From Patescibacteria group bacterium (lineage in GTDB: Bacteria > Patescibacteriota > Patescibacteriia > UBA10025), in the NCBI GenBank assembly GCA_042570925.1, contig JBHPFX010000003.1, forward strand, positions 10,149 to 74,148: DNA of 64,000 bases. The letters run 5' to 3'. A model generated the notes under the pieces. The model did not search any database. It saw nothing but the letters and a program-made list of their open reading frames with translations, and was not told where the DNA came from. The position numbers and the translations under genes were made by a program. Shown here piece after piece: positions 29,086 to 38,642 of this stretch. Numbering within the stretch: the first letter of the stretch is position 1; the number at the start of each line of letters is the position of its first letter.

Positions 29086-29160
29086 CACTCGCGCCGTTCA
29101 ATTCCAGGTATTGTATGTGTAAATCGATGCTCACAAGTTTGAAAGTGAAATCGAACTATT

Positions 29161-29235
29161 TGGAGCGGGTAACGGGAATCGAACCCGTATCTTCAGGTTG
29201 GAAACCTGACATAATAGCCATTATACTATACCCGC
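29161..29235 (-). tRNA. tRNA-Gly (anticodon UCC), CCA encoded
   Basis: The reverse complement reads GCGGGTA..TTTCCAA..ACGGGTTCGATTCCCGT-TACCCGC-T-CCA. Same architecture as E. coli tRNA-Gly2. Confidence 0.9.
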
Positions 29236-29248
29236 TTGAGATGTAGCA

Positions 29249-29572
29249 TTAAGGTTGCCACAAAAACTTGTCGAGGTCAATCCAGAAATTGTTTTCTCGT
29301 TTAATTACTTTTACCCCATCCTTTTGTAAGAGTACAGATTGTTCTTCTGCCGGATGGTCAAGGCATGTAGTGCTTATTCTTCCTTCTCGATTTATTACTC
29401 TCTGCCAAGGAATGTGTTCCAATTTACCCCCATCCATCGCGTGCATGGCCCAGCCGACCATCCGAGCTGACCTCGGTGATCCGATAAGAGCGGCAATTTG
29501 GCCATACGTAGCAACCCTGCCTTTTGGGATTTTTTTGACCATATCGTAAACTTTTTGATAAAAATTTGGCAT
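29249..29572 (-). CDS. Alkyltransferase-like (ATL) protein of the MGMT DNA-binding family, lacking the acceptor Cys
   Basis: KIPKGRVATYGQIAALIGSPRSARMVGWAM..IPWQRVI. PWQRV replaces the PCHRV active site. Confidence 0.75.
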   Translation of the reverse strand: MPNFYQKVYDMVKKIPKGRVATYGQIAALIGSPRSARMVGWAMHAMDGGKLEHIPWQRVINREGRISTTCLDHPAEEQSVLLQKDGVKVIKRENNFWIDLDKFLWQP

Positions 29573-29575
29573 GTA

Positions 29576-30565
29576 CTATTTCTCAAACTTTATGAAATAT
29601 TCTTTCGGTTTGAGCTCCTCTTTAACAATCTTTTTCCACTGAGGATTGATATCGGAGACACGCTTTATCTTTTCTTCATGATAGCAAAGCGGATCAACTG
29701 CTCGAGATTTTACAAACACATGAGCATCAAAATCTGAGGGGGAATTTTTGTACTTAATTTTATTATTCATACGATCCCAAAAAGACTGTGCCTTAGTATC
29801 GTTTGAGAGGAAAGGCGCAATTTTGTTTAATACTATTTGATCAGTGGTATATAAATCTTGTTCCACAATGTATCCCATTGTTATTGCATGTGCTATGTAG
29901 TCTCCGACTGTTTGAAACATGACCCCAGACCCCATATCAGCCCAGTAGCCCTTATTAAGCTCATAAAAAAGCTTGGCAAACGTAGCCGCATGGGTGTACT
30001 GAGAAAATATCCACTGATTATCCTTAACAGTAAGATGAGTAAGGAGGTTTTGAGCCTCTTGTATAGAAAAATCATATTCTTCATATGCGATTCCATCTCT
30101 TAGTGCATAATCGATACGATCAGCGCATAGATCCGGTATATTATTTTCTTTTAAAGGGAAATGGGAATCATTCAGTATATGGTCAAGATCAAAATGGTAT
30201 TTTGATAGTATAGAAGGAATATCTGTTTTTCTAATGTAATTGTTAAAAATGCTGTCCTGATGATTTTGTGTTTTTTCAGTTCCCTGCTTGAGTATGTAGT
30301 CAATGCCGTGCGAAAAAGCAGAATGAGATGCATCATGAATTAATCCGGAAATTTGCTCATCAATAGCTGCGCCGTATTTTTTTAATAACAGCATCACACC
30401 CACTGAATGTTGAAATCGATTTGGAGAAATGCCCGGGTGAAAAGGTTTACGAAAAGCTCCTTGTTCGACACCTTTTAAACGTTGGAGGGCGGGGCTGTTG
30501 GTAATTTCAACGAGTACTGGTTCGGTGATCTCTATTTTCCCATAGATTTGGTCCTGATAGTGCAT
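29576..30565 (-). CDS. HD-domain phosphohydrolase
   Basis: RFQHSVGV..GLIHDASHSAFSH (the H..HD..H pattern). Confidence 0.7.
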   Translation of the reverse strand: MHYQDQIYGKIEITEPVLVEITNSPALQRLKGVEQGAFRKPFHPGISPNRFQHSVGVMLLLKKYGAAIDEQISGLIHDASHSAFSHGIDYILKQGTEKTQNHQDSIFNNYIRKTDIPSILSKYHFDLDHILNDSHFPLKENNIPDLCADRIDYALRDGIAYEEYDFSIQEAQNLLTHLTVKDNQWIFSQYTHAATFAKLFYELNKGYWADMGSGVMFQTVGDYIAHAITMGYIVEQDLYTTDQIVLNKIAPFLSNDTKAQSFWDRMNNKIKYKNSPSDFDAHVFVKSRAVDPLCYHEEKIKRVSDINPQWKKIVKEELKPKEYFIKFEK

Positions 30566-30737
30566 AGTATAGAGATTATAGCATACACAAAATTTACTCC
30601 ATGGAAATAATTTACTATAACGATTTAACCGATTTTACATGTTCTGCTTTAATCTTTTATAAAAATACCAAAAAGGACAGACTCGTAATCTGCCTCTTTT
30701 TGAATTTATTTGATGTTTTGTGATATTTGAACGTTTT

Positions 30738-31346
30738 TCAAATAGACTGTTTGCGTACGTACAGTATTCTTTGTAAAGCGGTAAAGTGACACAAAATTGC
30801 AAGAGTAATAATGGTACTTCCAAGCACTATTTCACCTTGGGAGATGAAGGAAGCCACAAGTATGCTTATAAATAATACTGCCATTCGTATTTTTCGCTTC
30901 ATAAGGCCAAAACGGCAAAAGAACCCTACTCCTTCTGCACGCGCACGAGTATAGCTTACGAGAATTGAGCCGATAAACGCTAAAAGGATAAACAGAGAAA
31001 TAATCAAACTTTTTTCCCAGAAAAATACTAAAAGGCCGAGGTAGATGAATCCCTCGGCATATCGATCGATGGTTGAATCAATAAATGCTCCAAATCGACT
31101 TTCCTTCTTTGCATATCGCGCGAGCAGGCCATCAACAATATCGTTAAGTTCAGTTACTAAAATCATAATACTAGCCCAAAAAAGCGATCCTGATACTAAA
31201 AACAGAAACGAAAAAAAACTTGCTATAAGGCCACCTATGGTAAAAGTAACTGGTTGGACATTAAAATGAGACAGTAGCCTCCCCAGTGGAAAGAAGAAGG
31301 GATAGACGGCCTTTTTTACCTCCTCATGTGCTATATCTTGGGCCAT
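30738..31346 (-). CDS. CDP-alcohol phosphatidyltransferase
   Basis: DIVDGLLAR....SRFGAFIDSTIDR = D.xDG.xAR...G...D...D. Confidence 0.75.
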   Translation of the reverse strand: MAQDIAHEEVKKAVYPFFFPLGRLLSHFNVQPVTFTIGGLIASFFSFLFLVSGSLFWASIMILVTELNDIVDGLLARYAKKESRFGAFIDSTIDRYAEGFIYLGLLVFFWEKSLIISLFILLAFIGSILVSYTRARAEGVGFFCRFGLMKRKIRMAVLFISILVASFISQGEIVLGSTIITLAILCHFTALQRILYVRKQSI

Positions 31347-31477
31347 AGCACTCTAAAGAAAACAGTTAAATAAGCGGATTATTAAGCAAATGCAGTTCTT
31401 AAATCCGGATATACGATACATGAATGTATCATATCCGTAAAGGGCCTATATGCTTATACAATAGGTTGTTTTTTTGG

Positions 31478-31560
31478 TCGGGATGCCCGGACTCGCCCTG
31501 CGGGCCTGGGTGCTGCGCTCGCTCGCACCTCTCGAGTCAAATCTCCCAACCTAAACTCAA
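31478..31560 (-). pseudogene. tRNA-Pro 3'-half copy with a G+C-rich insert at the T loop
   Basis: In RNA sense: TTGGGAG..CTCGAGAGGT, the insert GCGAGCGAGCGCAGCACCCAGGCCCGCAGGG, then CGAGTCCGGGCATCCCGA. Confidence 0.5.
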
Positions 31561-31596
31561 TCTTGAATAACTGGATTATGTTGTACTTTTGAAAAA

Positions 31597-31634
31597 TCGG
31601 GATGCCCGGACTCGAACCGGGGACCTCTCGCTCC
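31597..31634 (-). pseudogene. Exact copy of the tRNA-Pro 3' half (38 nt)
   Basis: TCGGGATGCCCGGACTCGAACCGGGGACCTCTCGCTCC is identical to 31683-31720. Confidence 0.6.
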
Positions 31635-31682
31635 TGTTCAGCCCGAGCCACATAATAGCCAATAAAATAATCCTGCGCTGAG

Positions 31683-31756
31683 TCGGGATGCCCGGACTCG
31701 AACCGGGGACCTCTCGCTCCCAAAGCGAGCGTTCTAGCCAACTGAACTACATCCCG
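31683..31756 (-). tRNA. tRNA-Pro (anticodon UGG)
   Basis: The reverse complement reads CGGGATG-TA-GTTCAGTTGGCTAGAAC-G-CTCGC-TTTGGGA-GCGAG..CCCGGTTCGAGTCCGGG-CATCCCG-A. Confidence 0.9.
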
Positions 31757-31812
31757 ACTCAGAGCGAGATTTTTTAGTATGATATTAAGATTCTTAATGT
31801 TCACAGCGAGGG

Positions 31813-31849
31813 CCAAAGCGAGCGTTCTAGCCAACTGAACTACATTCCG
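31813..31849 (-). pseudogene. Copy of the tRNA-Pro 5' half
   Basis: CCAAAGCGAGCGTTCTAGCCAACTGAACTACAT is identical to 31721-31753, then diverges. Confidence 0.55.
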
Positions 31850-31851
31850 CG

Positions 31852-31925
31852 TGGAGGCCACGGGCGGAATCGTTTCCGGGGCGCTTCGCACGCTTGCGCC
31901 CTTCGATTCCTAACCTTCCAAGCCT
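31852..31925 (-). pseudogene. tRNA-Cys 3'-end copy interrupted by a G+C hairpin
   Basis: TGGAGGCCACGGGCGGAATCG is identical to 31964-31984. It is followed by the GGGCGC..GCGCCC hairpin insert and a T-loop remnant. Confidence 0.5.
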
Positions 31926-31963
31926 CTTGTTTTTTAAAGTTACCAAACGATGAAATATCACTT

Positions 31964-32038
<75 letters not shown>

Positions 32039-32102
32039 ATCATTAATGCGTACGAGGAGCGTACCAGAAAACTTCTTCCTTTTCAATAGAAGTAAGTCAG
32101 AA

Positions 32103-32657
32103 TTAGACTTTCTTCAATACAAAAGGTATTTTTTTAAAATCCTTTATTAACACGTCCCTCATCGAACCTCTATACAGAGCAGCTGCGGGATGATAAAGAG
32201 GAAAAAAGATTTGCCCCTTTCTTCGATAGGGATTGCCGTGTACTTGTGATATTTTAAAATCTTCAGGAAGGAAGCGATGCATAGAGTGTCTACCCAGTGG
32301 AATGATGAGTTTCGGTTTTATAATATCAATCTGTTTGTAAAGATATAACGTAGTGCATGTTTCAACTTCAGACGGTTCGGGATCACGGTTATCAGGGGGC
32401 CGACATTTTACAATATTTGTTATGAATACATCTTTTCGAGTTAGATTAATGAGTGTGAGCATTTCATCAAGAAATTTGCCCGCCCCTCCAACAAACGGTC
32501 TTCCGAGCTCATCCTCTCGTTTACCGGGTCCTTCACCAATGAAAAGAAGATCGGCATCGGCATTTCCTTCACCGGGTACTGCATGAGTTCGTTGCTTACC
32601 AAGAGGACACTGGTCACATCCTGCGATATCTAATCCGATTTTATCTAGATCGGCCAT
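32103..32657 (-). CDS. Uracil-DNA glycosylase, family 4
   Basis: C.QCPL, GEGN..A.LLFIGEGPG..ED..G.PFVG.AG..L and the HP.A..Y motif. Confidence 0.85.
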   Translation of the reverse strand: MADLDKIGLDIAGCDQCPLGKQRTHAVPGEGNADADLLFIGEGPGKREDELGRPFVGGAGKFLDEMLTLINLTRKDVFITNIVKCRPPDNRDPEPSEVETCTTLYLYKQIDIIKPKLIIPLGRHSMHRFLPEDFKISQVHGNPYRRKGQIFFPLYHPAAALYRGSMRDVLIKDFKKIPFVLKKV

Positions 32658-32671
32658 TATTCTCTACTTAG

Positions 32672-33046
32672 TTATTCCAGTAATAAGCGCGCACGCTGGC
32701 AGTCTTCCTCTATCTGCGTGATGAGTTCCCGGGTCGATCCAAATTTCTTAAATGGCCGGATTTTCTCTACAATTTCAGCAATAAGTTTTTGTTTGTACAA
32801 ATTACCTTCAAAATCTAACACATACAATTCCACTTTTATTTGCCCAGGATGAATTCGATTCTTATCCCCCATAATAAGCAATCCATTATGCTTCTTTTGA
32901 GCAATAAAAATTCGCGCAGCATATATGCCATCCTTCAAAGCAGTGGGAATACGCTTACAGTCGATATTTGCCGTAGGGTACCCGTACTTAACACCGAGAC
33001 CATCACCTTTAATGACAATTCCCTCAAGTGTATACAAGCGCTTCAT
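32672..33046 (-). CDS. Riboflavin kinase (stand-alone RibF C-terminal domain type)
   Basis: G.V..G.G.G...GYPTANI..........GIYA pattern and a beta-barrel sized ORF. Confidence 0.7.
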   Translation of the reverse strand: MKRLYTLEGIVIKGDGLGVKYGYPTANIDCKRIPTALKDGIYAARIFIAQKKHNGLLIMGDKNRIHPGQIKVELYVLDFEGNLYKQKLIAEIVEKIRPFKKFGSTRELITQIEEDCQRARLLLE

Positions 33047-33819
33047 AATTTTATCGTACGAATAAGGTGTTTGTGAATTTTACCGTTACTGGCAATCAGA
33101 CTTTTACTTTTATAATTCCATTGTTTTCCGTCAAGGTCGGTTACTTGTCCACCTGCCTCTCTTATGAGAAGAACGCCCGCAATAATATCCCACAGGTTTG
33201 ACGGGGGAGCGAGATAGCACCCTTCGATTCTACCGGCAGCCATATAGGCAAGGCTGAGACATCCACTTCCAAAAACACGCGTGTTAAGAAATGATTTCCA
33301 TAAGTATCGAAGCGATTTCGCTATTCGAACTCTAGAACGATAGTCACGTGAATAGCCCACAGAGACAATACTGTGAGAACTACGCTTTTCCGGAGAAACA
33401 CGAATCTTTTTTCCATTGAGTGTTGCCCCCTTTCCTTTTTCAGCAATATAGAATTCATTCAAAACAGGTGCGAAAGTCACGCTTACCAATGGCTCATGAT
33501 TACAGAGAAGAGAAATGGCAACACAAAAAAGCGGATTACCAATCGAGTAATTGGTCGTACCATCGAGCGGATCTATTACCCATTGGTATGTACCCGGATT
33601 GTTTTCGAGTCCCGTTTCTTCGCTTAAATAATCGTGATTCGGAAACTTTCTTTTAATGGTCTTAAGAATAATATCGTTTGCCTCAATATCTGCCTTTGTA
33701 ACTATTTCATGCTTGCTCTTAAGATGAATATCTTTCTTCTTAAGTTTCCGGTGATGTTTTGCCAGATACAAACCGGCTTTCTTCGCCGCCTGGACTGCAA
33801 TGGATCGATATACTGACAT
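33043..33819 (-). CDS. Inositol monophosphatase family protein
   Basis: LSEETG, WVIDPLDGTTNY and the W.D.A.G motif. ATG 33819 (MSVYRSIAVQAAKKAG) is preferred over the track start. Confidence 0.8.
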   Translation of the reverse strand: MSVYRSIAVQAAKKAGLYLAKHHRKLKKKDIHLKSKHEIVTKADIEANDIILKTIKRKFPNHDYLSEETGLENNPGTYQWVIDPLDGTTNYSIGNPLFCVAISLLCNHEPLVSVTFAPVLNEFYIAEKGKGATLNGKKIRVSPEKRSSHSIVSVGYSRDYRSRVRIAKSLRYLWKSFLNTRVFGSGCLSLAYMAAGRIEGCYLAPPSNLWDIIAGVLLIREAGGQVTDLDGKQWNYKSKSLIASNGKIHKHLIRTIKL

Positions 33820-33823
33820 GTTT

Positions 33824-34333
33824 TTAAAGTTCCTCCAATGAAAGTAATTTCGCCTCTCCTGTCGCCGTATCATATGTCGCAAGTGTTGCCGGTGCAAAAA
33901 TCCCACCCAAAGTACCTGGATTTAACATCAAAGTGTTACCCACCTTCTCCTCAGCCTGAATATGATTATGACCGTAGCAGACGAGGTCGTAGTTACCCGA
34001 GGCTGCTAGATTTTTGGCAATAGCTGGGTAATGATTCATGGCGATTTTTTTACCATCAATCTCAATTTCGGCAAGTTCACCATGAAGCAACACGTTATGT
34101 AGCGCTTTTTCACTGATAAGCTTTTGCATCAGAAAACGATCACCATCAACGTTCCCAAATACTACATTAATAGTTCCCGGAAACTTCTCTGCCAGCACGT
34201 TCACAAGTATCGATGGAGCACACAGATCTCCGCAGTGTAATAACGTTTTAATTCCCTGTTTATTAAACCACTCAAGTACTTTTGAAATATTTTCGATATT
34301 GTCGTGAGAGTCGGAAATAATTCCTATAAGCAT
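33824..34333 (-). CDS. YfcE/MJ0936-family metallophosphoesterase
   Basis: ISDSHDN, HCGD, GNVDGD and GHNH motifs. Confidence 0.8.
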   Translation of the reverse strand: MLIGIISDSHDNIENISKVLEWFNKQGIKTLLHCGDLCAPSILVNVLAEKFPGTINVVFGNVDGDRFLMQKLISEKALHNVLLHGELAEIEIDGKKIAMNHYPAIAKNLAASGNYDLVCYGHNHIQAEEKVGNTLMLNPGTLGGIFAPATLATYDTATGEAKLLSLEEL

Positions 34334-34390
34334 AGTTTTTTTAATTACTCTTACTTAGTACTATACCATGAGAACGCATAATTCGCAGGT

Positions 34391-35014
34391 TTATATATAC
34401 CCTTTCATCGAATAATACATTGTTGCCCCATATTCTCTCATAATACTCCAGAAATCAACCAGACGGTCTATGAGTGATATTCGGGGGACTAAGTCAGGAT
34501 CTGCCGGAATACATGTCACTGAAATATTTTGTGCCTTAAAGACGTTACAAGCACGCTTAGAATGAAAAGCGGAAGTTACTACAAGTGCATCCTCCCACAT
34601 ATTTTCCGCCATAATTTCTTTGCTAAAAAGCGCGTTCTCATAGGTGCTGGTTGATTCTCGCTCGGTGATAATATATGTTTCTGGCACTCCAAGTGATTGA
34701 GCATGCAGCGACATCTGCTCACTTTCGTAATAGGAAGTGTTTTCATACTGGCCTCCGCTCATCAACATCATGCTCCCATAGCTTTGTTCAAGAAGTATGG
34801 CGCCCTGTAGAACTCTCTCTTGCCCATTTGGCGTCAGGCTGCCATTGTCGTGGAGGCCACTTCCCAAAACAATAATTACATCAGCATTCTGAAGCTTATC
34901 TTCGTGTGTAAGTGGGACTGAAATCCATTCATTTAAAGGAGTAAATCCAATAATAAAAATTAGGATTAGGCAGAAAATATAGAATACAATTGCGACACTT
35001 CGAATTATGGGCAT
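34391..35014 (-). CDS. DUF218 (YdcF/SanA-like) membrane-anchored protein
   Basis: N-terminal TM, then DVIIVLGSG....G.....R, TSA.H..R. Confidence 0.6.
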   Translation of the reverse strand: MPIIRSVAIVFYIFCLILIFIIGFTPLNEWISVPLTHEDKLQNADVIIVLGSGLHDNGSLTPNGQERVLQGAILLEQSYGSMMLMSGGQYENTSYYESEQMSLHAQSLGVPETYIITERESTSTYENALFSKEIMAENMWEDALVVTSAFHSKRACNVFKAQNISVTCIPADPDLVPRISLIDRLVDFWSIMREYGATMYYSMKGYI

Positions 35015-35018
35015 GATA

Positions 35019-35873
35019 TTACGTTGAATTACGAAGTTTTTTTAATATTCCAAGATCATCAGCCTCCTTACCGTCTTTGGGAGTTTCAAGTACCATATCA
35101 ACCTTTTTCAATTTTGGATGGTTAACAAGTGCACGAAATCCATTAAGGCCGATGTTGCCCATGCCAAGGTGCTCATGACGATCTTTATGCTCTCCGAGGC
35201 CAGCCTGTGAATCATTGGCATGAATAAGCTTAAGATACTCTAATCCGATATGTTGGTCGAATTGTCCCAGTGTATGCTGAACTTCTTTTTTTGATCGCAG
35301 GTCATACCCTGAGGCAAATGCGTGACACGTATCAAAACACACCGCGGCTTGTGGCTTCGAGGTAGTCAGCTTTGTTTGTTTAAGAAGAAAATTGAGATCT
35401 TTAAATGTGTCTCCTACAACTTTTCCCGCACCTGCGGAATTTTCCAGCAAGAGAATTGAGTTTCCCTTGTAGCCGGCTAGAATTTTTTTTAATCCCTCAC
35501 CCACTTGTTTTAAGGCTGCTGTATCGCCAAGATCTTTTGCCGATCCGAGATGAGTCATGACATACTCCACACCCAACAAGCTTCCTCGTTCAAGCTCTTC
35601 GCGAATAACCTCGATTGAGCCGAATCGAATACGATTATTTGCCGAAGCTAGATTGATATAATATGGCGTGTGAATATAGTACTTTTCAAAGCCATGTTTC
35701 TTACAGGTCGACTTGAATTCATCAATAAGAGATTGTGTGAGCTTCGGTGCAGGACCACCACGTGGAGAGCGCGAAAACATCTGGAAACACTCGCACTGTG
35801 AATTATGAGCATTTTGCGGTGCGAGTGCGATTGAGCCGGCTATCGACACATGCATGCCAAAAAGCATAGACAA
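35019..35873 (-). CDS. nfo: Endonuclease IV (AP endonuclease)
   Basis: TIM-barrel Nfo pattern: GMHVSIAG, YYI.HTPY.INLAS, HLGS, LLEN.AG, CFDTCH.FA.GYD, HANDS...G...DRHE..G.G.IG. Confidence 0.85.
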   Translation of the reverse strand: MSMLFGMHVSIAGSIALAPQNAHNSQCECFQMFSRSPRGGPAPKLTQSLIDEFKSTCKKHGFEKYYIHTPYYINLASANNRIRFGSIEVIREELERGSLLGVEYVMTHLGSAKDLGDTAALKQVGEGLKKILAGYKGNSILLLENSAGAGKVVGDTFKDLNFLLKQTKLTTSKPQAAVCFDTCHAFASGYDLRSKKEVQHTLGQFDQHIGLEYLKLIHANDSQAGLGEHKDRHEHLGMGNIGLNGFRALVNHPKLKKVDMVLETPKDGKEADDLGILKKLRNST

Positions 35874-35881
35874 GGGGATAA

Positions 35882-37168
35882 TTATTTTTCTGTCGCCGCC
35901 TGTTCGAGAAGTTTGAGAACTTTCTTATTTCCCTGAATAGTCGTGAGATACTCTTTATATTCTTTCGAATCAATTTTTTTTATCACATCGGGCTGATCTT
36001 TGTAGTTTTCTTTTTCGCGCGCTACCTGCTGTTCAATTTCTTCAGGCGAGGCGGTGATATTTTCCTTTTTTGAAATCTCTCTCATTACAAGTGCGCTTTT
36101 TATGCGCTTTTCAGCCTGTTCGGTCATACCCTGCCGCAACTCATCTTCAGTCTTTTTGATGCTTGAGAGATAATCCTCAAACTTCATACTTCGTCGCTCA
36201 ATATCTGCTTTCAGCTCCTCAACCATGCGATTGAGCTCATTTTGTACCAGCATATCCGGAAGTTCGCCGAATGTAGATCGGGCAATGACAGCCTCAAGAA
36301 GTGCCAGCTCAAAACGCTGTTGCTCCTTCTCATTTTTTTCATCATGAATATTTTTTTCAACCTGTCTGCGCATATCGTCTACGGTCTCAAACTTTCCTAC
36401 CATTTTAACAAAAGCATCATCAAGAGCGGGTAAATCAATCTTATAGACTCCCTTAACAGCGACTTTGAATAGCGCTTCTTTGCCTGCGAGTGTTTTTTGA
36501 TGGTATTCTTTAGGAAATTTCAAAGTGAATTCCTTTTTCTCATTCTCGCTCATACCAATGAGATGATCCTCAAAACCTGGTATAAATTTCTCTTCTCCAA
36601 TCATTACAGGTTGATTTTTTGCCTCTCCTCCATCCATCGGTACTTTGTCGCGAAATACGCTCAAATCGATTTCAACTTTATCACCTTTCTCTGCTTTACG
36701 CTGGACACGCTCTTCTTTTGCATACATTCGGCGGATATTATTCACTGTTTCATCAACATCTTTTTGTTCAACATGTACATCTTTTTTCTTTTCCTTAAAC
36801 TTCGTATAATCGCCGAGTGTTATTGTCGGTAAGAGGGAGACGATTGCAGTGTAGACGAAGGGATTTCCCGGAGCGATTTTTTTCAATTCAATTTTTGGGT
36901 TACCAATCGTCTCAAGCTTGTGCTCAAGTACTGCCTTTGGATATGTGTCCTGCACAGTTAGCTCCGCTGCGTGCTGGTAGATGCGCATTGCTCCCACTTG
37001 TTTTTCAACTAGATCATATGGAGCTTTTCCTGGCCGAAAGCCCTCAATGGTTATCTCCTTAGAGATATCTTCAGCAGCTTTGGTGAGATATTTTTGGAGC
37101 GCCTCTACAGGGACCTCAATAGTGAGTTCTAATTGATTTTTTGGAAGTTCCTTACGTGATATTTGCAT
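35882..37168 (-). CDS. tig: Trigger factor
   Basis: N-terminal ribosome-binding domain with GFRPGKAP, a central PPIase-like segment and a helical C-terminal domain. Confidence 0.85.
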   Translation of the reverse strand: MQISRKELPKNQLELTIEVPVEALQKYLTKAAEDISKEITIEGFRPGKAPYDLVEKQVGAMRIYQHAAELTVQDTYPKAVLEHKLETIGNPKIELKKIAPGNPFVYTAIVSLLPTITLGDYTKFKEKKKDVHVEQKDVDETVNNIRRMYAKEERVQRKAEKGDKVEIDLSVFRDKVPMDGGEAKNQPVMIGEEKFIPGFEDHLIGMSENEKKEFTLKFPKEYHQKTLAGKEALFKVAVKGVYKIDLPALDDAFVKMVGKFETVDDMRRQVEKNIHDEKNEKEQQRFELALLEAVIARSTFGELPDMLVQNELNRMVEELKADIERRSMKFEDYLSSIKKTEDELRQGMTEQAEKRIKSALVMREISKKENITASPEEIEQQVAREKENYKDQPDVIKKIDSKEYKEYLTTIQGNKKVLKLLEQAATEK

Positions 37169-37170
37169 GG

Positions 37171-38622
37171 TTATTCTTTCGGGCGGTTATCAATAATCCG
37201 TTTTTCCTTAAGCTCTGTTTCCATGCCAAGCTGTTGGAGAAGTTGGTCAAGGGGGCGCTGCACCATATCGACGTTAACCATAATTTCATTATGGATTTTT
37301 CTGGCAACCATTTCTTTTATGCTATCGAAATCTTGACCTTGCTTCGGACAGATATATAAGACTAATTCATCAAGGCCATACGGATCATTATCCTTTTTCT
37401 TGATTTCCAGCTGCCATTCCTCAATTTCAGACATACCGGAAAGAAGAGGAAAGAACTGATTCAAATTCACTAACTCACCTTTTACTTTTGTCAGACGAAA
37501 CTCTTTGAATTCCGATGAGCGTTGAAGGTCAGGCAGAATTCGTGGAACCGTTCGTCCACAATGAACACAGGGGCCATACTCGATCCCTTGAGTCATATCA
37601 CCTGTTTTATAGCGAATCACAATTGTTCCACGCCAATCGAGCGCGGTATAGACCAATTCTCCGGGATGTCCGTCTGGAACGCGCTTTCCTTCCTTATCGA
37701 CAACCTCGAAATAGCCAATATCCGGGTAAATATGATACCCCTCACTCTCATGACACTGGATCCAGGCCGTTTTTCCTTCGGTAAATGCATAGGTAACGAA
37801 TATCTGCAGATCTTTTGTACCCATTTCTTTGCAAAGTTCTTTCACTTTATCCCGCAGGCCCGGGCTTGCTCGCTCGCCGCCGAAAATAATATATTTCAGA
37901 TTTTCCAGATTCCTTCCTTCTTTGCGTGCTGTACGGAGTAAGTGATAGATATAGCCAGGAATTCCGAGCAGAAGCCCACCTTTCATCCTCTCAAGTCCGT
38001 CAAGAATTTTCTGTGTACCTGATATTTTTCCTCCCCCTGTTTGCAATGAAGTCAAACCGACTGTAGTGAGACCGAAAAATGCAAGCCAAAAGGCAAGATG
38101 GGGGGCGTAAGGAAACGCATTAATTGCTACAATGTCATTTGGGATACCGATGACGTTGAACATTCTCTTCGCACTTTCTTTCAGCGTTTCAATATCGCGC
38201 GCTGAATAAGCAAAGGGGGTGGGGAGCGCCGTTCTGCCCGTTGTGAAATGAATATGAATGGGCTTATATTCCCACTCGAGTTTTGGCTTTGGGTCTTGGC
38301 CGGTAAGCTTTTTAACTATTAGCCCAGCCAATCTTCCCGGAGATGAATGTTTTTTCAGGAGTTTTTCATCTGGTTGAAGAATGAACTGACGGGGCTTGGC
38401 GGGATCTTCTTGTGTCGGCGCCAGGTCGGTTTTTGTGGTAAATGGAATTTTTGCCAAGTCATCGGTTGTCTGGATATCCTTAAAATTGATATTATGCTTC
38501 TTAAACAGTTCTCGATAATACGGTGAAAAAGGCGCCTCATAGCGCATGAGATGCTTAATTTTTTGGTTTTGGACCTCCTGTATTTCCTCCTGAGATAAAT
38601 GAGAAAGTTCTGACCATTCCAT
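37171..38622 (-). CDS. Adenylate-forming ligase of the PaaK / F390-synthetase type
   Basis: FTTGRT (P-loop-like), YGP.E.. pattern, and size and order typical of phenylacetate-CoA ligase-like enzymes. Substrate unknown. Confidence 0.6.
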   Translation of the reverse strand: MEWSELSHLSQEEIQEVQNQKIKHLMRYEAPFSPYYRELFKKHNINFKDIQTTDDLAKIPFTTKTDLAPTQEDPAKPRQFILQPDEKLLKKHSSPGRLAGLIVKKLTGQDPKPKLEWEYKPIHIHFTTGRTALPTPFAYSARDIETLKESAKRMFNVIGIPNDIVAINAFPYAPHLAFWLAFFGLTTVGLTSLQTGGGKISGTQKILDGLERMKGGLLLGIPGYIYHLLRTARKEGRNLENLKYIIFGGERASPGLRDKVKELCKEMGTKDLQIFVTYAFTEGKTAWIQCHESEGYHIYPDIGYFEVVDKEGKRVPDGHPGELVYTALDWRGTIVIRYKTGDMTQGIEYGPCVHCGRTVPRILPDLQRSSEFKEFRLTKVKGELVNLNQFFPLLSGMSEIEEWQLEIKKKDNDPYGLDELVLYICPKQGQDFDSIKEMVARKIHNEIMVNVDMVQRPLDQLLQQLGMETELKEKRIIDNRPKE

Positions 38623-38642
38623 ATAAAAATTTTCTTAGTGAA

